From: a virus
Lineage: Duplodnaviria > Heunggongvirae > Uroviricota > Caudoviricetes
IMG/VR virus record: IMGVR_UViG_2663762627_000004
Reading direction: 5' to 3' (one strand)
Length of the DNA: 5,742 nt
Part shown: piece after piece, positions 1 through 5,742 of the stretch
Position numbering within the stretch: position 1 is the first letter of the stretch
Layout: each line of letters starts with the position of its first letter
Program-made: the position numbers and the translations under genes
The notes under the pieces: generated by a model
Database searches by the model: none
What the model was told of the DNA's origin: nothing
What the model saw: the letters and a program-made list of their open reading frames with translations, nothing else

Positions 1-249
1 CTGGCATCAACAGGAAGTACAGGCGACTCGTATGACAACGCGATGGCGGAGAGCATCAATGGTCTTTACAAAGCGGAGGTAATACACCGTAAGAGCTGGA
101 AAAACCGTGCAGAAGTGGAACTGGCCACACTCACGTGGGTGGACTGGTATAACAATCGACGATTGCTGGAAAGGCTGGGCCATACTCCTCCGGCAGAAGC
201 AGAAAAAGCTTATTATGCTTCCATCGGAAACGATGATCTGGCAGCCTGA
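1..249 (+). CDS. IS3-family transposase OrfB (DDE integrase-like), C-terminal fragment; 5' end lies outside the window
   Basis: Open frame from base 1 to TGA at 247-249, in the same frame as the listed 43..249 ORF. The YDNAMAES...INGLYKAE...WVDWYNNRRL motif block is typical of IS3-family OrfB C-termini. Confidence 0.8.
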   Translation: MASTGSTGDSYDNAMAESINGLYKAEVIHRKSWKNRAEVELATLTWVDWYNNRRLLERLGHTPPAEAEKAYYASIGNDDLAA

Positions 250-291
250 GTTCACAGATAAAACACTCTCCAGGAAACCCGGGGCGGTTCA
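1..291 (+). mobile_element. 3' part of an IS3-family insertion sequence (IS51/IS6110-like subgroup) including its right terminal inverted repeat; the element continues upstream of the window
   Basis: Frame-1 translation from position 1 is a transposase OrfB C-terminus (GDSYDNAMAESINGLYKAEVIH...WVDWYNNRRL), stop at 247-249. The stretch 264-291 (CACTCTCCAGGAAACCCGGGGCGGTTCA) ends in CCGGGGCGGTTCA, the reverse complement of the TGAACCGCCCCGG-type terminal repeat I recall for IS6110-like elements. Exact IS name not determined. Confidence 0.6.
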
Positions 292-785
292 CAATAGGTG
301 CAATATTTTTCGATCCGCAAACCGGAGATATGGGACCGGAATTTAGTAAGACTATCGATCTGGAAACTGCTGGCGGAGTCATTGATCGGGACACCATTAA
401 ATGGTGGCTTAAGCAATCACGCGAAGCGCAATCTGCCATTATGACCGATGAAATCCCGTTAGATGATGCACTGTTACAATTGCGAGAATTTATCGACGAA
501 AACTCCGGTGAATTTTTTGTTCAGGTTTGGGGAAATGGAGCCAACTTCGACAACACGATTTTGCGCCGTTCATACGAACGGCAGGGGATCCCCTGCCCGT
601 GGCGTTACTACAACGATCGCGATGTACGCACAATCGTTGAGCTGGGGAAAGCCATAGACTTCGATGCCAGAACGGCTATTCCATTCGAAGGTGAGCGCCA
701 TAATGCACTTGATGACGCCCGTTACCAGGCAAAATACGTTTCAGTTATCTGGCAAAAACTGATCCCGAGTCAGGCTGATTCTTAA
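292..785 (+). pseudogene. DnaQ-like (DEDDh) 3'-5' exonuclease of phage origin, 5'-truncated by the IS insertion
   Basis: The listed ORF 330..785 carries an Exo II-like motif (WGNGANFD) and an Exo III-like motif (HNALDDARYQAKY). The same frame stays open upstream to the IS end and encodes IGAIFFDPQTGD, which resembles the strand that normally follows the Exo I motif, so the Exo I D-x-E residues and the native start appear to be missing. The ATG at 330 has GGAG only 2 nt upstream, a poor spacing for a start. Confidence 0.5.
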
Positions 786-796
786 TGTTCAACTGT

Positions 797-828
797 CGCC
801 GGTTGTGACTGGTATTCTGCAACCGGCG
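797..828. repeat. Perfect 9-bp inverted repeat (CGCCGGTTG / CAACCGGCG) with a 14-nt spacer between the exonuclease remnant and the excisionase gene; possible stem-loop or protein-binding site
   Basis: Read directly: arms at 797-805 and 820-828. No T-run follows on either strand, so it is not a canonical intrinsic terminator. Confidence 0.4.
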
Positions 829-857
829 CTCGTCTGATGTAAGAGATAAAGAAATCG

Positions 858-1109
858 ATGAGCGAAGTAATCATGATTGTCTCTCCCGGCAAATGGGTAT
901 CCGAAGAGCAGTTAATTGCGCTGAAAGGAATAAAAAAAGGTACGTTAAAAAAGGCCCGGGAAAAATCGTTTATGGAAGGAAGGGAATATAAGCATGTCGC
1001 TCATGACGGTATGCCATGGGATAACAGTCCATGCTTTTACAACCTGGAAGAAATTGATCGCTGGATTGAGCGCCAGGCATCAGCGAGACCAAGACGTCAT
1101 CTTACTTGA
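858..1109 (+). CDS. xis: Putative excisionase (Xis-like small DNA-binding protein)
   Basis: 83-aa ORF immediately upstream of and co-oriented with the integrase (stop at 1107-1109, 34 nt before the integrase start). It contains a GREY motif (FMEGREYKH), as in the wing of lambda Xis, and is basic. The start is ambiguous: ATG at 858 or ATG at 873, both with weak ribosome-binding sites. Confidence 0.55.
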   Translation: MSEVIMIVSPGKWVSEEQLIALKGIKKGTLKKAREKSFMEGREYKHVAHDGMPWDNSPCFYNLEEIDRWIERQASARPRRHLT

Positions 1110-1143
1110 CTAAAAGCCACACTAACTAATGAGAGAAGTTGAA

Positions 1144-2424
1144 ATGAAATATCCGACAGGCGTGGAAAACCATGGAGGGAAATTACGTATCTGGTTTGTT
1201 TATAAAGACGTAAGAGTCAGGGAAAATCTGGGGGTTCCTGACACAGCAAAAAACAGGCGCGTTGCAGGTGAACTACGCTCCTCTGTTTGTTACGCAATAA
1301 AAACTGGTGTTTTCGACTATGCAAAACAGTTTCCCTCCTCACGCAATCTGGAAAAATTTGGTGAGGCCCGACAAGATTTAACCATAAAAGAACTGGCTGA
1401 AAAATTTCTGGCACTGAAAGAAACTGAAGTCGCCAAAACATCACTCAACACATACCGTGCCGTCATCAAAAATATCCTGAGCATAATCGGTGAAAAAAAT
1501 CTTGCCTCATCGATTAATAAAGAAAAATTACTGGAGGTTCGTAAAGAGTTACTGACTGGATACCAGATCCCCAAAAGTAACTATATTGTTACACAACCAG
1601 GGAGATCGGCTGTAACTGTAAATAATTACATGACAAATCTTAACGCCGTGTTCCAGTTTGGTGTTGATAACGGTTACCTGGCAGATAATCCGTTTAAGGG
1701 GATCTCGCCATTAAAGGAATCAAGAACCATTCCGGATCCTCTTTCGCGGGAAGAATTTATCCGTCTTATCGATGCGTGCAGAAATCAGCAAGCAAAAAAT
1801 TTATGGTGTGTTTCTGTTTATACTGGAGTTCGCCCTGGTGAGCTGTGTGCACTTGGATGGGAGGACATAGATCTGAAAAATGGAACAATGATGATCAGGA
1901 GAAATTTAGCAAAAGACCGTTTCACGGTACCAAAAACACAGGCGGGAACCAATCGGGTCATTCATCTTATTAAGCCAGCAATCGACGCTCTCCGGAGTCA
2001 GATGACATTAACGAGACTGAGCAAAGAGCATATCATTGATGTTCACCTCAGAGAGTATGGCAGAACAGAAAAACAAAAATGCACCTTTGTTTTTCAACCT
2101 GAAGTGTCAGCGAGAGTAAAAAATTATGGTGACCATTTTACCGTTGACTCAATAAGGCAGATGTGGGACGCAGCGATAAAACGTGCCGGACTCCGCCATC
2201 GAAAATCATATCAGTCGAGACATACTTATGCCTGCTGGTCGCTGACAGCTGGTGCTAACCCGGCATTTATAGCAAACCAGATGGGCCATGCAGATGCGCA
2301 AATGGTATTTCAGGTATACGGAAAATGGATGTCTGAAAACAATAATGCACAGGTAGCTTTGTTAAATACACAGTTAAGCGAGTTTGCCCCAACCATGCCC
2401 CATAACGAAGCAATGAAAAATTAA
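1144..2424 (+). CDS. intQ: Phage integrase, tyrosine recombinase family; apparently full length
   Basis: Long ORF ending at TAA 2422-2424. Catalytic-region motifs are present: TGVRPGEL (box I Arg), SRHTYA (H-x-x-R region) and MGHADAQMVFQVYGKW (C-terminal catalytic Tyr). Start chosen at ATG 1144 (MKYPTGVENHGG), which has GAGAGAAG 5-12 nt upstream; the in-frame ATG at 1129 has no ribosome-binding site. The symbol is by position next to rspB, as I recall for the K-12 Qin prophage, and is not sequence-verified. Confidence 0.88.
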   Translation: MKYPTGVENHGGKLRIWFVYKDVRVRENLGVPDTAKNRRVAGELRSSVCYAIKTGVFDYAKQFPSSRNLEKFGEARQDLTIKELAEKFLALKETEVAKTSLNTYRAVIKNILSIIGEKNLASSINKEKLLEVRKELLTGYQIPKSNYIVTQPGRSAVTVNNYMTNLNAVFQFGVDNGYLADNPFKGISPLKESRTIPDPLSREEFIRLIDACRNQQAKNLWCVSVYTGVRPGELCALGWEDIDLKNGTMMIRRNLAKDRFTVPKTQAGTNRVIHLIKPAIDALRSQMTLTRLSKEHIIDVHLREYGRTEKQKCTFVFQPEVSARVKNYGDHFTVDSIRQMWDAAIKRAGLRHRKSYQSRHTYACWSLTAGANPAFIANQMGHADAQMVFQVYGKWMSENNNAQVALLNTQLSEFAPTMPHNEAMKN

Positions 2425-2439
2425 TTTAATATTTATCAA

Positions 2440-2475
2440 ATAGTTAACACGCATGACTCTTGAAATCCATAAATT
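2440..2475. other. Approximate prophage/host junction (attR core region)
   Basis: Inferred from where the minus-strand transporter N-terminus stops looking transporter-like (after EFMDF, codon 31 at 2462-2464) and from the integrase stop at 2424. The core sequence itself cannot be defined without the other prophage end or an empty site. Confidence 0.3.
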
Positions 2476-2554
2476 CAAGCGCAGTGCCCAGCCATCCCGA
2501 TACTGCTGCTTTCACCAAATCCTTAGTGCTTCTTTCGTGTTTTTCTATTGTCAT
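2444..2554 (-). pseudogene. ydfJ: 5' stub of a ydfJ-like MFS (metabolite:H+ symporter family) transporter gene, truncated by prophage integration
   Basis: Minus-strand ORF not in the supplied track: ATG at 2554-2552, 36 codons (MTIEKHERSTKDLVKAAVSGWLGTALEFMDFKSHAC), stop at 2446-2444. The A-A-x-x-G-x-x-x-E-F-x-D-F block matches the conserved N-terminal motif of ProP/KgtP-type transporters. A GAGA ribosome-binding site lies about 9 nt upstream. The gene sits directly downstream of rspB on the same strand. Confidence 0.55.
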
Positions 2555-2567
2555 AATGGTTATCTCT

Positions 2568-2598
2568 AAAAAAGAGGTAAGATGCGTACTACTTACTC
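2568..2598 (-). terminator. Possible intrinsic terminator or attenuator between rspB and the transporter stub
   Basis: On the minus strand an imperfect hairpin (GAGTAAG ... CTTACCTC, about 7 bp with one bulge, 10-nt loop) is followed directly by TTTTTT (plus-strand A-run 2568-2573), starting 13 nt after the rspB stop. Confidence 0.3.
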
Positions 2599-2611
2599 GC
2601 CGTTATTGGTA

Positions 2612-3631
2612 TTATTCAGAAAAAGTGAGTAAGACTTTGCAGCAATGTTTTTGATCCTGTTCAAATAAACTAATGGCATCAGCAACATGCTGGAAATCAA
2701 ACGTATGGGTAATTAATTTTTCTGGTTTAATTAACCCTTTACTTAACCAGTCGATAACGACCGGAAATTTATTTGCATTTAAGCGTGAAGAAAAAATAGA
2801 GAGTTCTTTTCCGGTAATTCCTTGCTGAATCACTTCAGACGGTTCACTGGAGAAGCCCATCAATACAATACGTGCCGCTGGAGAAGCCAGCGTTACGGCC
2901 TCTTTCAGGATAGAAGGATGACAAGCCGCATCGATAATTAATGTCGGCTTGATGCCTTTTTCAGTGAAAATCTCGCCAAGCGGTGTCTGGCTGTTATTAA
3001 TCGCCCAGTCAGCCCCGCTCTCTTTCGCTTTTTCCAGTCGTTCATCAATGCGATCGGCAACAATCACATTTTTAACGTTATAGACGCCTTTTAATACCTG
3101 AACGATCGTCAGGCCGATTGGACCGGCACCATAAACCAGAACGGTATCATTTTCAGTCGGTTGACCATGACCGGTTACGTTAGCCGCAATGGTAAAAGGT
3201 TCGATCATCACCGCATATTGATCGGCCACTGCTTCAGGAATTTTCCACGCATTTTTTGCCGGAACCACGGCATATTCACTGAAACCACCGTCAGCGTGCA
3301 CACCTAATACAGCCAGTGTCGTACAAACGTTCGGTTTACCTATAGAGCACGGATAGCAATGCCCACAGCTGACCACCGGATCGACAGCAACACGTTCACC
3401 GACTCTGGCGCTTTCCACGCCGTCACCCACTGCATCAATGACGCCAAAGAATTCATGACCAATGACGCGCGGATATTTCGCAAAAGGATTATGCCCACGA
3501 TAAATATGGCTATCTGAACCACAAATTCCGGCAAGTTTCACTTTTACTCGTACTTCACCCGCTGACGGGGTGGGTATTTCACGTTCGACAATCGCCAGTT
3601 GATTCGGTTTTTCAATTAATATGCTTTTCAT
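2612..3631 (-). CDS. rspB: Zn-dependent medium-chain alcohol/sugar-acid dehydrogenase RspB (starvation-sensing protein B)
   Basis: 339-aa product starting MKSILIEKPNQLAIVERE, with a catalytic-Zn motif (GICGSDSH, GHEFFG), a structural-Zn Cys cluster (CGHCYPCSIGKPNVC) and a Rossmann motif (VYGAGPIG). Start set at the internal ATG 3631-3629 because it has GGAG about 10 nt upstream, whereas the track's upstream ATG (3655) lies inside rspA. The gap to the rspA stop is 11 nt, so the two are co-transcribed. Confidence 0.93.
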   Translation of the reverse strand: MKSILIEKPNQLAIVEREIPTPSAGEVRVKVKLAGICGSDSHIYRGHNPFAKYPRVIGHEFFGVIDAVGDGVESARVGERVAVDPVVSCGHCYPCSIGKPNVCTTLAVLGVHADGGFSEYAVVPAKNAWKIPEAVADQYAVMIEPFTIAANVTGHGQPTENDTVLVYGAGPIGLTIVQVLKGVYNVKNVIVADRIDERLEKAKESGADWAINNSQTPLGEIFTEKGIKPTLIIDAACHPSILKEAVTLASPAARIVLMGFSSEPSEVIQQGITGKELSIFSSRLNANKFPVVIDWLSKGLIKPEKLITHTFDFQHVADAISLFEQDQKHCCKVLLTFSE

Positions 3632-3642
3632 TATCTTACTCC

Positions 3643-4857
3643 TTACCAGTTCCACAGCGTGCCATCTTCCAGACGTGCGACTGGTAGATAAGCAGGTTCA
3701 TAGGGATATTTCGCCGCCAGCTTTTCATCGAATTCGATACCAAGACCCGGTTTGTCTCCCGGATGCATATAGCCGTTATCGAAAGTCCAGTTGTGCGGGA
3801 AGACTTCGAGCATTTGTTCGGAATAACCCATGTATTCCTGGACACCGAAATTGGGGACCCACAGATCAAAGTGCAGCGCCGCAGCCATGCAGACTGGTGA
3901 CAAATCGGAAGGACCGTGTGAGCCAGTACGTACCTGATACAGCGAAGCAAAATCGGCAATCCGGCGCATACCGGTAATTCCGCCTGCATGGGTCAGCGTG
4001 GTGCGGATATAATCGATGAGTTGCTCTTCAATCAGTTGTTTGCAGTCCCAGATGCTGTTGAAGACTTCACCCACTGCGATGGGTGTGACGGTATGTTGGC
4101 GAATGAGACGGAAGCATTCCTGGTTTTCCGCAGGCGTCGGGTCTTCCATCCAGAACATGCGATAATCTTCAATGCTTTTACCAAAGCGCGCCGCTTCAAT
4201 AGGCGTTAAGCGATGGTGCATGTCATGCAGCAAATGTTCATTAAAACCAAACTTGTTACGTACCGCGTCAAACAATTTCGGCATGAAATCGAGGTATTTC
4301 TCCGTCGACCACAGCTGCTCTTCCGGCCACTGTCCTTTGGTTGCGGGTTCATAAGCCAGACCTTTACCTTTCGACATGCCGTAGGTGGTTTTCATACCAG
4401 GGATTCCGCACTGCACGCGGATGGCTTTGAATCCCAGCTCCTGATGACGGGCATAATCATCCAGAGCTTCATCAATACTGTGACCGGTGGTATGGCAATA
4501 AACCATCACCCCTTCACGAGACGCGCCGCCGAGTAACTGGTAAAGCGGCATGTTGGCAGCTTTGGCTTTAATATCCCACAGCGCCATATCAACCGCTGAA
4601 ATGGCCGACATCGTAACCGGACCGCGACGCCAGTAAGCACCTTTATAGAAAAACTGCCAGATATCTTCGATACGGTGCGCATCGCGACCAATAAGCTGCG
4701 GACAAAGGTGATCCTGCAAATAAGAGGCCACGGAAAGCTCACGTCCATTGAGGGTGGCATCCCCAAGGCCCGTAATACCGTCCTCAGTGGTGATTTTTAA
4801 CGTGACGAAATTACGCCCCGGACAGGTAACAAAAACTTCAGCCTTTACGATCTTCAT
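3643..4857 (-). CDS. rspA: Enolase-superfamily D-mannonate dehydratase-like protein RspA (starvation-sensing protein A)
   Basis: 404-aa product starting [27 protein letters not shown] and ending LEDGTLWNW, recognisable as RspA (mandelate racemase / muconate lactonizing enzyme fold). Start set at ATG 4857-4855 with AAGGAA about 7 nt upstream; the track's extension to 4890 adds 11 residues with no ribosome-binding site. Confidence 0.95.
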
Positions 4858-5062
4858 GTTCGATTCCTTGCATCGCTTGTCGTGATGCATGAAATCTACG
4901 CAACTGAACTACTACCATACAAGTATGAAGATCGAAAAAAGCCGGAGTGATCACAAAAAAAGGCGTATATTTGCGCTGTGAATGGTTGACAAAAGATGAA
5001 ATAGAATACCTTTTGTCAGCTGACACTTCCTCGTATCTTATTGATAAAATGGATTTATGTTC
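4858..5062 (-). promoter_or_regulatory. rspA upstream control region with palindromic candidate operator sites
   Basis: Contains a perfect 12-bp palindrome TGTCAGCTGACA (5014-5025), an 8-bp palindrome GTGATCAC (4947-4954), and a minus-strand TTGTCA-17 bp-TATACG pair (-35 at 4992-4987, -10 at 4969-4964) as a weak sigma-70 candidate. No experimental mapping is available to me; the sites are candidates only. Confidence 0.3.
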
Positions 5063-5389
5063 CTACGTGCGCCCCCAGCCCGCAACAATGATCAACATGC
5101 CGCAAAGCGCAATCAACGCCCCCGTCCAGTCATAAAGACTTAGTTTCACGCCATCCACAACGCGCAGCCACATCAACGCCGTGCAGACATAAACGCCACC
5201 ATAAGCCGCGTAAACACGCCCACTCGCCGCAGGATGCAACGTTAACAACCAAACAAACAGCGCCAGTGAAATCCCCGCCGGAAGCAACAGCCAGATACTG
5301 GCGTTTCGTTTTAACCACAACCAGGGCAGAAAGCATCCAATAATTTCACACAGCGCAGTAGCAAAAAATAGTAACGTTGTTTTAATCAT
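5063..5389 (-). CDS. ynfA: Small inner-membrane protein YnfA (UPF0060 family, four predicted TM helices)
   Basis: 108-aa hydrophobic product [26 protein letters not shown] ... IIVAGWGRT, stop TAG at 5065-5063. Start set at ATG 5389-5387; the track's longer ORF begins at a GTG 9 nt further upstream (5398). Confidence 0.88.
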   Translation of the reverse strand: MIKTTLLFFATALCEIIGCFLPWLWLKRNASIWLLLPAGISLALFVWLLTLHPAASGRVYAAYGGVYVCTALMWLRVVDGVKLSLYDWTGALIALCGMLIIVAGWGRT

Positions 5390-5465
5390 CTTTGTCACTT
5401 ATTGACATCATGTATAGTTATAGGGCGACATAATATCATCAATATAAACACCCTCCTGGTACGTT

Positions 5466-5492
5466 TTGCGTTCGCAGTGGATGGTGTAGAAT
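5466..5492 (+). promoter_or_regulatory. Candidate sigma-70 promoter for ynfB
   Basis: TTGCGT (5466-5471), a 15-nt spacer, then TAGAAT (5487-5492) with TG immediately upstream, about 30 nt before the ynfB ATG. AGGGAA at 5512-5517 is a plausible Shine-Dalgarno 6 nt before the ATG at 5524. The spacer is shorter than optimal. Confidence 0.3.
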
Positions 5493-5523
5493 CACCTTTA
5501 ATCATTCATACAGGGAATGAATT

Positions 5524-5667
5524 ATGAAAATCACTCTCAGCAAACGAATCGGCCTGCTCGCTTTTCTGCTGCCTTGCGCACTGGCATTGAGCACAACTGT
5601 TCATGCCGAAACTAACAAACTGGTGATTGAGTCTGGCGACAGNNCANNNANCCNNCAGNNCNCNGCN
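5524..5667 (+). CDS. ynfB: Secreted small protein YnfB (UPF0482 family), 5' portion only; frame runs into ambiguous bases
   Basis: ATG at 5524 with a good ribosome-binding site. The product [28 protein letters not shown]|[11 protein letters not shown] has a classic signal peptide. Codons through the N cluster (AGN NCA NNN ANC CNN CAG NNC NCN GCN) are compatible with SAQSRQHAA, the continuation I recall for YnfB. Sequence after 5667 does not continue the remembered YnfB sequence in any forward frame. Confidence 0.65.
5643..5667. other. Cluster of 13 ambiguous (N) bases interleaved with called bases
   Basis: Read directly from the sequence; this is the only place in the window with N characters. 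Confidence 0.95.
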
Positions 5668-5742
5668 CACTGCCTGTACCGGTTCGCTGCCCGCTGTCGG
5701 TTATCAGGATCTGTACGTTATGGCGTGCGGCACCGTCCAGCA

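Noticed and set aside
330-375. IDLET at residues 10-14 of the ATG-330 product as the Exo I motif of an intact exonuclease
   Set aside because: The frame is open upstream to the IS boundary, the strand that normally follows Exo I is encoded upstream of 330, and the ATG at 330 has a 2-nt Shine-Dalgarno spacing; truncation is more likely. Alignment is needed to settle this.
7-439. ORFs 7..255 (-), 107..346 (+) and 131..439 (-) overlapping the transposase and IS end
   Set aside because: They overlap the transposase frame, which has clear family motifs, and cross the IS boundary; they are most likely frame artefacts.
1217-1574. Minus-strand ORFs 1217..1444 and 1317..1574 inside the integrase gene
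   Set aside because: Antisense to a strongly supported CDS, with no independent signals.
2425-2611. tRNA or tmRNA gene as the integration target
   Set aside because: No tRNA-like T-arm or acceptor features are present between the integrase and rspB; the target is a protein-coding gene 5' end.
2460-2654. Plus-strand 64-aa ORF spanning the att region and the rspB 3' end
   Set aside because: It is antisense to both the transporter stub and rspB, has no ribosome-binding site, and the minus-strand reading explains the region better.
3340-3534. Minus-strand 64-aa ORF inside rspB in another frame
   Set aside because: Lies entirely within rspB in a different frame, with a hydrophobic low-complexity product and no start signals.
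3632-3655. Upstream in-frame ATG for rspB (track start 3655), and likewise the longer rspA (4890) and ynfA (GTG 5398) starts
   Set aside because: The extended starts lack ribosome-binding sites; the rspB one would overlap the rspA coding end. The shorter starts have good Shine-Dalgarno sequences and give the expected N-termini.
3621-4766. Plus- and minus-strand ORFs of 60-118 aa inside rspA (3621..3977, 3636..3989, 3988..4209, 4172..4354, 4213..4536, 4506..4766)
   Set aside because: All lie in alternative frames within a well-supported conserved gene, have no ribosome-binding sites and give low-complexity, Arg/Cys-rich translations typical of out-of-frame reading.
4976-4997. CRP-like half sites (TGTGA ... 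GACAA and TGTCA-N5-TCACA) upstream of rspA
   Set aside because: Spacing is 5 rather than 6 nt, or one half site is poor; no canonical TGTGA-N6-TCACA is present.
4838-5135. ORFs 4838..5026 (-) and 4947..5135 (+) in the rspA-ynfA intergenic region
   Set aside because: They overlap the rspA start or the ynfA 3' end, the plus-strand one needs a GTG start without a ribosome-binding site, and neither resembles a protein I recognise.
5402-5434. Plus-strand TTGACA (5402-5407) as a -35 for ynfB
   Set aside because: The nearest -10-like hexamers are 11 or 21 or more nt away, so there is no workable spacing.

Overview
Enterobacterial (Escherichia/Shigella-like) chromosomal segment covering the integrase-proximal end of a Qin-like lambdoid prophage and the adjacent host genes. 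Left to right: the 3' end of an IS3-family insertion sequence (1-291) inserted into a phage DnaQ-like 3'-5' exonuclease gene, leaving a 5'-truncated remnant (292-785); a putative excisionase (858-1109); an apparently intact tyrosine integrase (1144-2424); the prophage/host junction (about 2440-2475) inside the first ~30 codons of a ydfJ-like MFS transporter gene, whose 5' stub remains on the minus strand (2444-2554); host rspB (2612-3631, -) and rspA (3643-4857, -); ynfA (5063-5389, -); and the start of ynfB (5524 onward, +). ynfB runs into a cluster of N bases (5643-5667), after which the sequence no longer reads as ynfB. No CRISPR array, rRNA or tRNA was seen. I do not see an undescribed multi-gene system; the points worth a second look are the nested mobile-element architecture (IS inside prophage inside a catabolic operon) and a probable assembly or quality problem at the 3' end. 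All protein identifications are from reading the translations and from memory of the families, not from any search.
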